A DNA stretch of 64,000 nucleotides from an uncultured Gammaproteobacteria bacterium (GTDB lineage Bacteria; Pseudomonadota; Gammaproteobacteria; Steroidobacterales; BM003). Below the pieces are notes generated by a model, which was not told the DNA's origin, did no database searches, and worked only from the letters and a program-made list of their open reading frames with translations. The DNA lies in NCBI GenBank assembly GCA_963699835.1, contig CAVOVJ010000001.1, forward strand, positions 160,946 through 224,945, written 5' to 3'. This document shows, piece by piece, positions 52,612 through 61,444 of this stretch. The translations under genes were made by a program, and so were the position numbers. Position 1 is the stretch's first letter. Each line of letters opens with the position of its first letter.

Positions 52612-53742
52612 GTGGGGCTGGAGCTCGAGTTGCAGCTTCTCGACGGCGAGACCCTGGATTTGCGCGACGGCATCGTGCCGCTTATGGAGTTGTATCCGCA
52701 TGCGGAGCGCGTCCGCCCCGAATTCATACAGTCGTCTGTCGAAATAAACAGTGGCAAATGCGAGACGATCGGCGAGCTGCGCGACAATCTCATCGCCACG
52801 GCGCGCGGACTCCTCGATCGCTGCAAGACACTCGGGATGGCGTTGTGCGGCGCGGGCACCCATCCATTCAGCCGACGCCTCGCGCTGATCACTCCGCTGC
52901 CGCGCTATCAGCGCATCGAGCGCCAGCGCGGATGCCTTGCGCACACCCAGATCACTTATGCCACACATGTCCATGTGGGTATGAAATCCGCGGACCAGGC
53001 GGCTACCGCGTTACGCCGCCTGGTGCCAAGCCTGCCGCTGCTGACCGTGCTAAGCGCCAATTCGCCGTACTGGCGCAGCTATGACACCGGCCATGAGTCT
53101 TACCGGCAACGCCTCCTGGCCGTTACCCCGAACTCCGGAATTCCACCCGTGTTTGCCAACTGGGGCGAGTTCGAGAAACGTTACCAGACAGCCTTGCGCG
53201 CGGGCGTTATCCACTCAATCAAGGACATTCACTGGAGCGCCCGCTTCCACCCCGATTTCGGTACGATCGAGATTCGTAACCCGGATGCCCAACCGACCAT
53301 TGCCCATGCGGTGGCGCTGGCGGGCCTGATCCAGACTCTCGCCGCCTACGTCGCGGCAACCCCGCGCCCCGAGCTCGATCCGCGCCTGATGCAAGGACTC
53401 GGGCATTGGTTGCTGCGCGAGAATCTTTTCCGCGCCTGTCAGTTCGGACTCGATGCGGAATTCGTGACCAGCAATGACGGCGCTACCCGTCCGGCGCGTG
53501 CGCTCTTGTTTGAGTTATTCGACCTGTTGCGTTCGACCGCGACCGAACTTGGCAACGGCATCTGTCTGGATGCGCTTGAGATAGCCAGTGAGCACGGGTT
53601 GCCATACGTTCACCAACGCCGCGACTTTGAACGGCAAAATTCCTGCCGCTTCGTGACTGAAAGGCTGATTGAACGATTCGAGGAAGATATCCAACGCGCC
53701 TGCGGGCCACCGCTGCAGATTTCCGAATCCGGCAGCGGTTAG
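52612..53742 (+). CDS. ybdK: YbdK-family carboxylate-amine ligase (GCS2)
   Basis: GLELELQLLD, EINSG, GTHPF, HVHVG, SANSPYW and GTIEIR motifs. Start may be slightly upstream. Confidence 0.88.
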   Translation: MGLELELQLLDGETLDLRDGIVPLMELYPHAERVRPEFIQSSVEINSGKCETIGELRDNLIATARGLLDRCKTLGMALCGAGTHPFSRRLALITPLPRYQRIERQRGCLAHTQITYATHVHVGMKSADQAATALRRLVPSLPLLTVLSANSPYWRSYDTGHESYRQRLLAVTPNSGIPPVFANWGEFEKRYQTALRAGVIHSIKDIHWSARFHPDFGTIEIRNPDAQPTIAHAVALAGLIQTLAAYVAATPRPELDPRLMQGLGHWLLRENLFRACQFGLDAEFVTSNDGATRPARALLFELFDLLRSTATELGNGICLDALEIASEHGLPYVHQRRDFERQNSCRFVTERLIERFEEDIQRACGPPLQISESGSG

Positions 53743-53843
53743 TATCGGACGGAGGCCACCAGGTATGGCGCTCACCCGGAGCGGGTCCGGTTTAGCGCTT
53801 AACGCGGCGCCGGGTTTTAAACAAGTCAACAGGAGGAACCACG

Positions 53844-54317
53844 ATGAGTATCCCTGCAAAAATCCAGCAGCATCTCGAAAAACATCACACTGAAGTCGGC
53901 ATCGTCACACACCCGGTGACCGGTAGCAGCATGGAAACTGCCGAGGCAGCGCATGTATCCGGCGAGAAAATCGCGAAAGGCGTGCTGTTGCGCGACGATG
54001 ACGGATTTGTCCTGGCGATATTGCCGGCCACGCACACGCTGAAGATCGCGGCAGTGCGGGAACTGACCGCGCGCCGCCTCGAACTGGCCAGCGAATCGGA
54101 TGTGACGCGAGTTTTCGACGACTGCGTAAGCGGCGCCGTACCCGCAATCGGAGCAGCGTACGGGCTCGAGACGATCGTGGATGAATATCTCTCTCGCCAG
54201 CCGGACGTCTACTTCGAGGCCGGCGACCACGAGGAATTATTGCGCATCACCGGCAATGATTTTGCAGCCGTCAATGCCGGCGCACACTTTGCGACCATCA
54301 GTAGCCACCGGCCGTAG
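53844..54317 (+). CDS. YbaK/EbsC aminoacyl-tRNA deacylase family protein
   Basis: IAKGVLL, LASE, DCVSGAVPAIG and VYFEAGDH motifs; AGGAGG RBS. Confidence 0.88.
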   Translation: MSIPAKIQQHLEKHHTEVGIVTHPVTGSSMETAEAAHVSGEKIAKGVLLRDDDGFVLAILPATHTLKIAAVRELTARRLELASESDVTRVFDDCVSGAVPAIGAAYGLETIVDEYLSRQPDVYFEAGDHEELLRITGNDFAAVNAGAHFATISSHRP

Positions 54318-55194
54318 CTGGCGATCCTTGCTGCCCGGGCGCAGCGCTAATCCGCTCATGCTCGCCCACGGCAACGATCGAACAATCGAGAGTCCGCAGC
54401 AAGCTCTCGATCAGTTCCGGGTGTTGTTTTTCGAGATGACCCGGCAACACAATGACCCGGGCACAGGCGGCGCGTGCGTACTTGCCAAGCTCGCCGAGTC
54501 GCGAAGGATCGATGCTATTCCAGCGCTGCACCGGCGCTATGACCGGGTCGGCACGAAGCGCATCCCGCCAGTGCGGAAAATCGTGGGCGGTGCCCACGAG
54601 GATCACGGATAAAGGCAGGCGCTCGCTGAGCGCGATTCTCTGCGCTAATGCCATGCACCTGATTGCGCACTCCGAACCGTCGTAGATCACGGCAACGCTT
54701 TGACCCGTCAGCCATGCGTCCTGGATGATCGCCAGCACACCGCCTATCTCGGCCGCAAGACTGCCGAGACGAATACCCATCCAGGAGCGGGTCCCCGCCT
54801 GCGCGGGTGAGCGACCGACAAGCACCAGGTCGGCATTTTCGCCCTCGCGCCGGAGTTCCTCGAGCACCTTGCCTCGAGTAACCTTGAAATCCGGGTTCAA
54901 TGAAAACCGGCGCACGGCACCTTTCAGCATCCGCTCGACGCGTATCCGCTGGGCCTGCAACTGGCGTTCCAGCTGGGCGGGGTTCATTGCGCGCTCGACT
55001 CCGGTATCCAACGCCACTTCGCGCACAAATGACAACGATGAGAGTCCGATCAGTGAGACATCCTCGATGAACAAACCGCAAATCTCCGCAGGCTCCGGGC
55101 CCGTCAGACCGGTCAGCGCATCGAGCGTTGCGCCGTTCGGCGCCGCTGGGTCGAGAGCGATGAGGATGCGCTGGGCCCGGACCCGGTGCGGCAT
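54298..55194 (-). CDS. Divergent USP-like protein
   Basis: RILIALD, GLFIED, VTRG...ADLVLVGR and second domain VAVIYDGS. Confidence 0.65.
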   Translation of the reverse strand: MPHRVRAQRILIALDPAAPNGATLDALTGLTGPEPAEICGLFIEDVSLIGLSSLSFVREVALDTGVERAMNPAQLERQLQAQRIRVERMLKGAVRRFSLNPDFKVTRGKVLEELRREGENADLVLVGRSPAQAGTRSWMGIRLGSLAAEIGGVLAIIQDAWLTGQSVAVIYDGSECAIRCMALAQRIALSERLPLSVILVGTAHDFPHWRDALRADPVIAPVQRWNSIDPSRLGELGKYARAACARVIVLPGHLEKQHPELIESLLRTLDCSIVAVGEHERISAAPGQQGSPATAGGY

Positions 55195-55196
55195 GC

Positions 55197-57641
55197 CTAT
55201 TCCTCCTCACTGGGACCGTCACCCGGGCCCTTCGAATAATCCTGACGCCGGCGCGCCATATCCTCCAACGCCAGCTGAATCCTGCCGTTTATGCTGGCGG
55301 GCGGATAACAGCCGTCTGTATCGGCCGTGCCGGCATCGGCCCCCATCAGGAGGCTCATGGCCTGGTCGACCGTGCGCACCGGATAGATTGCGAACTGGCC
55401 CCGCATGATCGCTGCCCGGACTCTTTCCTCGAGCATCAGGTGCGGCACGTTTTCCGCGGGTATCAACACACCCTGCCCCTCGCGCAGACCGCGACGCTGA
55501 CACACATCGAAAAACCCCTCGATTTTTTCATTGACACCGCCGATGGTCTGAGCCCGACCGAGCTGGTTGACCGAACCGGTAATCGCGAGCGCCTGGTTGA
55601 TCGGAAGATCAGCGAGCGCCGACAACAAGGCACACAGCTCGGCCATGGACGCGCTGTCGCCATCGATCCCGCCATAGTGTTGCTCGAAGACCAGGCTTGC
55701 TTGCAATGACAATGGCAACGTCCGCGCATAGCGTGCACCGAGAAACGACGACAGGATCAGCACGCCCTTACTGTGAACAGCGCCACCGAGCTCGACTTCA
55801 CGCTCGACATCGACCACTTCGCCCTCGCCGATACGCACCGTGGCTGTAATCCGCGACGGTTGTCCGAACGCGAACTCTCCGAGTTGCATGACCGACAGCG
55901 CATTGATCTGTCCCACCCGCCAGCCTTCGGTATCGATGAGTATTTCGCCACGCTCGATTGCCTCGTAGATATTGCTGCGGACCCGGTCCATCCGAGTCAC
56001 TCGTCCATTGATCGCTGTCGCTACATCGGTGACGCCAATCAATGCGGCTTCGCGCTTGCGGCAATGGTAGTCGGCCTCGCACATCAAATCGCCGAGACTG
56101 CGCAGCCGCGTTGACAGCCGTGTCGAGTCCTCGCTCATTCGCGCACTGTGCTCGATGACCCTGGCGACCGCGGCAGCATCCAGAGCCAGCAATCCGCGCT
56201 GCTGTGCAATCCCGCCGAGCATCGATGCGTACAGCCGCGTATTCGATGGAGTGCGGTCGATGTGATCCTCGAAATCGGCCGCGACCTTGAACAATTCGGG
56301 AAAATCGGGATCGTACTCACAGAGCAGGTAATAGAGCATGCGGGCGCCGATCAACACGATCTTGATGTCAAGCGGCATTGGATCGGGGTCGAGGCCCTCG
56401 GTGCTGATGATTCCCAGAATTTGCGCCAGCGACTCGATCCTGACTGCACCACCGTAGAGCGCCCGTTTGAGACTCTCCCAGGCCATCGGCTGTTGCAACA
56501 GGCGTTCTGCATCGAGGACCAGGAATCCGCCATTGGCAGTTTGCAATGCGCCGGCACGGATCATCGTGAAATCCGTGCTCAGCGTGCCGAACTGGGTAAT
56601 GTGCTCGATCCGCCCGACCAGGTTGTCGTGAGTCGGGTTGCTTTCATAAACGACCGGCGCCCCGGACAAATGCTGATTGTCCACCAGTACGTTGACCTGG
56701 TACCTGCGCAACCAGTGTTCCCGGGTCAGACCCAGTTGCTCGGGAAGGCCGCCGCCACCATCGGCCTCCGAGGCCAGAAAGTGCCGTACATTTTCCAGAA
56801 TGTCGGCCTGGACGCTGTCGAGGTACTCTCGCACGTGTTCAAGATCCTGGTACTTGTCCAGCAATTCGCCGATTAACGCGGTGACCGCCAGCAGTGCCGT
56901 TTCACGATCGACTTCCCGGACTCTGCGGCGATGTTCCTTTTGCCAGATCGGGAGATTTTCGAAATGCTTGCGCAGCTTAGCGGTAAGATTCTCGATCGAA
57001 GCCCGCGCCTTTGCCCGTTCAGCCTCCGGCCACTTCTGAAAGTCCTCCTCCGCGATGATTTCGCCATCGCGCACAGGAGCGATCGCGAAACCCTGCGGTG
57101 TTGGAATCAGACCCATGCCCTGGTGCTCGGCCTCTTTCTGCAGGGCTTCGAGTGCATCGCGGCTGCGGTGCTGAAAATCCTGCTCGATTTCAGTTATCCG
57201 GTTGCGATAGCTCTCGCTTTCGAATGCAGCCGGCAGCGACGCGCTGAGATCCTCGACGAGCTGGCGCATATCGCTGCAAAAGCTAGTGCCCCGTCCAGGC
57301 GGGAGTGCCAGGCCCCGTGGTTTTCGTGAATCGGAAAAATTATAGACATAGCACCAGTCATCGGCCGTTTCATTGCGCGCCGCTTCGTCATGCAAAAACT
57401 GACGCACCATCTCGTGGCGGCTGCTGCCCGGCGGGCCGAGAACGTACAGGTTGAATCCGGTGCCCTTTATGCGCGCACCCATTTCGAGTGCCGAGCGGGC
57501 ACGATCCTGACCAACGATGGTTCCTGACCGGGCAATGTCCGCCGTGGTGGCAAACCCGAGTTGCGACGCCTCGCATGCCTGATAGGTCTGGTCCTCGCTC
57601 AGGGCATCCACCACGGGATAGCAGGTGTTTCTCTCGTTCAT
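55197..57641 (-). CDS. Lon-family (S16) protease with AAA-like domain, LonC-like
   Basis: GQDRA, GALQTANGGFL, GQINAL, FEQ.YGGIDGDSAS (Ser) and IGGVNEKIEGF (Lys) motifs. Confidence 0.9.
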   Translation of the reverse strand: MNERNTCYPVVDALSEDQTYQACEASQLGFATTADIARSGTIVGQDRARSALEMGARIKGTGFNLYVLGPPGSSRHEMVRQFLHDEAARNETADDWCYVYNFSDSRKPRGLALPPGRGTSFCSDMRQLVEDLSASLPAAFESESYRNRITEIEQDFQHRSRDALEALQKEAEHQGMGLIPTPQGFAIAPVRDGEIIAEEDFQKWPEAERAKARASIENLTAKLRKHFENLPIWQKEHRRRVREVDRETALLAVTALIGELLDKYQDLEHVREYLDSVQADILENVRHFLASEADGGGGLPEQLGLTREHWLRRYQVNVLVDNQHLSGAPVVYESNPTHDNLVGRIEHITQFGTLSTDFTMIRAGALQTANGGFLVLDAERLLQQPMAWESLKRALYGGAVRIESLAQILGIISTEGLDPDPMPLDIKIVLIGARMLYYLLCEYDPDFPELFKVAADFEDHIDRTPSNTRLYASMLGGIAQQRGLLALDAAAVARVIEHSARMSEDSTRLSTRLRSLGDLMCEADYHCRKREAALIGVTDVATAINGRVTRMDRVRSNIYEAIERGEILIDTEGWRVGQINALSVMQLGEFAFGQPSRITATVRIGEGEVVDVEREVELGGAVHSKGVLILSSFLGARYARTLPLSLQASLVFEQHYGGIDGDSASMAELCALLSALADLPINQALAITGSVNQLGRAQTIGGVNEKIEGFFDVCQRRGLREGQGVLIPAENVPHLMLEERVRAAIMRGQFAIYPVRTVDQAMSLLMGADAGTADTDGCYPPASINGRIQLALEDMARRRQDYSKGPGDGPSEEE

Positions 57642-57795
57642 CGCCGGATATTCCCTTATGGTCCGGATGAAGTCCGTTCCCTGAGTCTAGTCCTGCAAGC
57701 GGACGACTGTGCTCGCCGGGGTGCCCCCTACGCTGCGACGGGTGCCAGCGCTACCGACCTTGGCGGGCTAACCGCGTCGCACCCGCCGCTGCTGG

Positions 57796-58137
57796 TCAAT
57801 GGCTTTTGACCTGCCCGCGCCGCTTGTCTGAATACGCCTCGAGCTGGCGGGTCGCCGCGTCGAACGCCTCGCGTACGGCCACGTAGACATCCTGATTCGC
57901 AATATCCGCAGTCGGTGCCCGGCTGACGACAATCTCCTGGTCGGGAACGCCGATCTCGATGCGTACGTGATAGGGTTTTCCTTTGTGCTGATGTTTGTGC
58001 GGCGCTTCGACCACCACGCGGCAACTTTGCAGGTTGGCGAAAAGCCGATCCAGTTTTGCAGCGCGTTTACGGATGTTTTGTTCAATTGCGGTTGAGGGTT
58101 CGAGATTATGGAAGGTAATTTCGAGGGGTTTTTGCAT
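57796..58137 (-). CDS. HPF/RaiA family ribosome-associated protein
   Basis: PLEITFHN, CRVVVEAPHKH...YHVRIEI and DVYVAVREAFDAA motifs. Confidence 0.88.
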   Translation of the reverse strand: MQKPLEITFHNLEPSTAIEQNIRKRAAKLDRLFANLQSCRVVVEAPHKHQHKGKPYHVRIEIGVPDQEIVVSRAPTADIANQDVYVAVREAFDAATRQLEAYSDKRRGQVKSH

Positions 58138-58345
58138 GGCGATCCCTTTCCCAGTGTAATTCTTTGACCGTGCCCCCAATTGGCTTGCACGAAGGCACGC
58201 CCTCATTCGATGATCATTCCCGCCCTGGTGCCGAACCATTAGGGAAAACACGTAGACCTGGCAGTGGCGGAGTGACAGATAATGGAGCGGATGTTATCCG
58301 TCGACATCGCGGGCCCGATTCCGACAACCCAGGCGTAATTCGATT

Positions 58346-59386
58346 ATGCGCAAGAGCAATACGTCCGCTGGCGGGATAAATATCGAGCTGCGCGAGTTTG
58401 TTCCGGAGCTTCGTGCCTGTCTTCTTGATGGCAGGAACTACCCCGAGCAGGCGACCTCGGTTGAGGAGATAGAAACACACTTCGCTCTGATCTACCTCAC
58501 CGACGAGCATGCCTACAAGGTCAAGAAACCGATCCTGTGGTACGACATGGACTTCCGTACCCAGGCCGCGCGGCGCTTGCATTGCGAAGAAGAAGTCAGG
58601 CTCAACCGGCAGCTCGCTCCGGCTGTTTATCTTGGTGTAGAGACGATTGGCAGGGACCCGGCCGGCCGTTTGCGCTGGAACCTCAGTGAAGCTGTCGAGG
58701 AACATGTGGTCGTTATGCGCCGACTGCCCGCCGCGCGGATGCTCGATGCGGTGCTTTCCCGCGGTGCGATTCAGGCACAAGAACTCGATGCGCTGATACA
58801 GATGATCCGGTGCTTTCACGAGCGTGTTGCCGTTTTCGAAGTGGCCGGCGATGACTATCTTGCCCATCTAAGGCAGTACGTTACCGTCCATAATGAGTTA
58901 CTGGCGCGACGGCGATACGGGTTACCGAGGGATCTGCTTCGGGCCCTCTACGTGCATCAGCTGCGCAGTCTCGAGCGCCACGCGACGATTTTCCGCCAGC
59001 GCGCTGACGCCGGCTTCATTCGCGAATGTCATGGAGACCTGCGGCCCGAGCATATTTGCCTGCTGGACACGCCGTGCGCGATAGACCGCCTCGAGTTTAG
59101 CCGCAGTCTTCGCACCATGGATATTGTCGAGGAATGGGCCTTGTTGTGCGTGGAATGCATCAGGCTCGGGCATGCGGAGTTCGCGCATGAACTTGAAGGC
59201 GCGGCTCTCGGCAATGACGGTAAGGCCGGGGAGATATGGCCGTTCTACCTGAGCAAGCGCGCATTGGCGAAAGCCAAGTTATGTATCTGGCACCTCGACG
59301 ATCCGGACTATGCCGAGAGCCGGCCGTGGCCGGAACTGGCCGAGTCCTGTCTCGAACTGGGCCTCGCCGCGCTCGAAAAGACCTAG
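58346..59386 (+). CDS. COG2187/Rv2004c-like aminoglycoside-phosphotransferase-fold protein without the C-terminal P-loop domain
   Basis: IETH, AYKVKKP, CEEEVRLNRQLAP.VYLG, MRRLP, RECHGDL and IDRLEF motifs. Confidence 0.82.
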   Translation: MRKSNTSAGGINIELREFVPELRACLLDGRNYPEQATSVEEIETHFALIYLTDEHAYKVKKPILWYDMDFRTQAARRLHCEEEVRLNRQLAPAVYLGVETIGRDPAGRLRWNLSEAVEEHVVVMRRLPAARMLDAVLSRGAIQAQELDALIQMIRCFHERVAVFEVAGDDYLAHLRQYVTVHNELLARRRYGLPRDLLRALYVHQLRSLERHATIFRQRADAGFIRECHGDLRPEHICLLDTPCAIDRLEFSRSLRTMDIVEEWALLCVECIRLGHAEFAHELEGAALGNDGKAGEIWPFYLSKRALAKAKLCIWHLDDPDYAESRPWPELAESCLELGLAALEKT

Positions 59387-59488
59387 CGATGCGTGGGACA
59401 GCACGCCCCCGACCGAACGCATGCGTGAGCGCCGCGGCCGCGTGGTTGCAAACTGATAACCTTGGGTAACGTGACCCGGGAGTAAGCT

Positions 59489-60094
59489 GTGAGGCCAGAC
59501 GCAACGTTCCAATTGGGTAAAGATGACGCGCTAATCGTGGTGGACGTGCAAAATGACTTCCTCGCTGGTGGAGCGCTTGCGGTCACCGACGGAGACGCAG
59601 TGATCGCGCCGCTCAATTGTCAGATAGAGCGGTTCAGCAGGGCCGGCCTTCCGCTCATTTTCTCGCGTGACTGGCATCCGCCGAACCACTGCTCCTTTGC
59701 CGCAAACGGTGGTAGCTGGCCGAGCCATTGTGTGGCGCACAGCCGCGGCGCACAGTTCTCCAGCGCCCTGATCGTCCCGGAATCGGCCCGCATCGTCTCC
59801 AAGGCCACCCGGCCCGACAGCGAGGCGTATTCGGCGCTGCAGCAAACCGGGCTCACGGCATGGCTCCGCAGCCACGGTGTTCGCCGTGTCTTCGTCGGCG
59901 GGCTGGCGACAGACTACTGCGTTCGCGCCACGGTTCTCGATCTGCTCGATGCCGGTTTCGCGACAGTACTGCTGATCGACGCCGTCCGCGCGGTGGATGC
60001 GCGGCCCGGCGATGGCGAAGCCGCGCTACGCGAGATGATCGCGGCCGGCGCCATCCCGGGCCGCTCAGGCGGCAGCGGAATGCGACCACAATGA
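59489..60094 (+). CDS. pncA: Nicotinamidase
   Basis: VDVQNDF, DWHPPNH, WPSHCV, K...YSA and GLATDYCV motifs. Confidence 0.93.
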   Translation: MRPDATFQLGKDDALIVVDVQNDFLAGGALAVTDGDAVIAPLNCQIERFSRAGLPLIFSRDWHPPNHCSFAANGGSWPSHCVAHSRGAQFSSALIVPESARIVSKATRPDSEAYSALQQTGLTAWLRSHGVRRVFVGGLATDYCVRATVLDLLDAGFATVLLIDAVRAVDARPGDGEAALREMIAAGAIPGRSGGSGMRPQ

Positions 60095-61431
60095 GCGATA
60101 GCGAAAGCTCGCCGTTGTTGACCGACCTGTACCAGCTGACGATGCTGCAGGCGTATTACGACGAAGGGTTGGATGCCACCGCGGTATTCGAATTCTTCGT
60201 CCGTTCGCTGCCTTCGCGGCGAAATTTCCTGGTTGCCGCCGGCCTCGATACGGTCCTCGATTTTCTCGAGAATTTCAGCTTTGACGAGCAGGAACTGGAT
60301 TGGCTTGAGCAAACCGGACGGTTTTCTCCCGCCTTCATCAAGTGGCTCGCGCAAATTCGCTTTACAGGGTCCGTTCTTGCAATGCCGGAGGGCCGCGTTT
60401 TTTTCGCCAATGAGCCGGTTTTACGGGTTACCGCACCGATCGGCCAGGCACAATTGGTCGAGAGCCGGATCGTCAACCTCCTGCACCAGCAGACTCTGAT
60501 TGCATCCAAAGCCGCACGCTGCGTGCTGACCGCGCCTGATCACGCGCTGCTGGACTTCGGCATGCGCCGGGCGCATGGCGCCGAGGCGGCCATGGGGGTG
60601 GCGCGCGCGAGTTATATCGCAGGTTTTGCCGGCACGGCGACCGTGCTTGCCGGACTGCGCTGGGGAATACCTACGGTGGGCACGATGGCGCATTCGTTTG
60701 TACAAGCGCACAACAGTGAGATGGATGCGTTCCGCGCATTTGCTTATGCCCAGCCGGACAATGTAATTCTTCTGCTCGATACGTATGACACCCTGAGAGC
60801 CGCCAGAATGGTCGTGACGCTCTCCACCGAGCTTGCCCGGCATGGCATTCGTGTCAGCGGCGTACGCCTCGACAGCGGCGATCTGGGGGGGCTGAGTCGC
60901 GAGGTTCGCGACATCCTCGACCGGGGCGGCTGCCATGAGGTAAAGATTTTCGTGTCAGGGAATCTCGACGAATACCGGCTGCAGGAACTTCTCCATGCGG
61001 GTGCCTCGATCGATGGATTCGGAATTGGCACGCATCTGGCGGTTTCCGCTGACGCCCCGTCCCTCGACTGCGTCTATAAGCTGCAGGAGTATGCCGGGCT
61101 GGCCCGGCGAAAACGATCTGCGGGCAAGGAAACCTGGCCGGGTCGCAAGCAGGTCCGCAGAGAACTCGACGGTAACGGGATGTTGCGCCACGATGTGCTG
61201 TGTCTCGAACATGAGTCTGTCGCGGGTGAGGCGCTGCTGGTGGCAGTGATGAACGAGGGTGCCCGGATCGCGGCCGAGCCGCTGTGCGCGATTCGCGAGC
61301 GTTGTGCCGCTGATCTTGCGCGACTGGCGCCACCGCTGGCCGGGCTGGACCAGGCGGTCCCGGGCTATCCGATTCGAATCTCCCGCGGTCTGGAAGCCCT
61401 GGCCGTCGATGTGGATCGGCGCTTTGGCTGA
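60091..61431 (+). CDS. pncB: Nicotinate phosphoribosyltransferase
   Basis: LLTDLYQLTM, DFGMRRAHG, GTMAHS, LDTYDT, VRLDSGD and YKL motifs; ATG overlaps the pncA stop. Confidence 0.94.
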   Translation: MSDSESSPLLTDLYQLTMLQAYYDEGLDATAVFEFFVRSLPSRRNFLVAAGLDTVLDFLENFSFDEQELDWLEQTGRFSPAFIKWLAQIRFTGSVLAMPEGRVFFANEPVLRVTAPIGQAQLVESRIVNLLHQQTLIASKAARCVLTAPDHALLDFGMRRAHGAEAAMGVARASYIAGFAGTATVLAGLRWGIPTVGTMAHSFVQAHNSEMDAFRAFAYAQPDNVILLLDTYDTLRAARMVVTLSTELARHGIRVSGVRLDSGDLGGLSREVRDILDRGGCHEVKIFVSGNLDEYRLQELLHAGASIDGFGIGTHLAVSADAPSLDCVYKLQEYAGLARRKRSAGKETWPGRKQVRRELDGNGMLRHDVLCLEHESVAGEALLVAVMNEGARIAAEPLCAIRERCAADLARLAPPLAGLDQAVPGYPIRISRGLEALAVDVDRRFG

Positions 61432-61444
61432 CCGGGTACGGCAC

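Noticed and set aside
57644-57658. Additional FixJ-like site before the Lon-like gene
   Set aside because: It coincides with the ribosome-binding site (AAGGGA on the minus strand), so the resemblance may be incidental.
59728-60090. N-terminal extension of pncB or a pncA-pncB fusion
   Set aside because: It is an alternative frame inside pncA. pncA has its own stop overlapping the pncB ATG.
38809-61431. FNR/FixK boxes (TTGAT-N4-ATCAA) upstream of the hypoxia-type genes
   Set aside because: Only half-site-like matches were seen in the intergenic regions I inspected.
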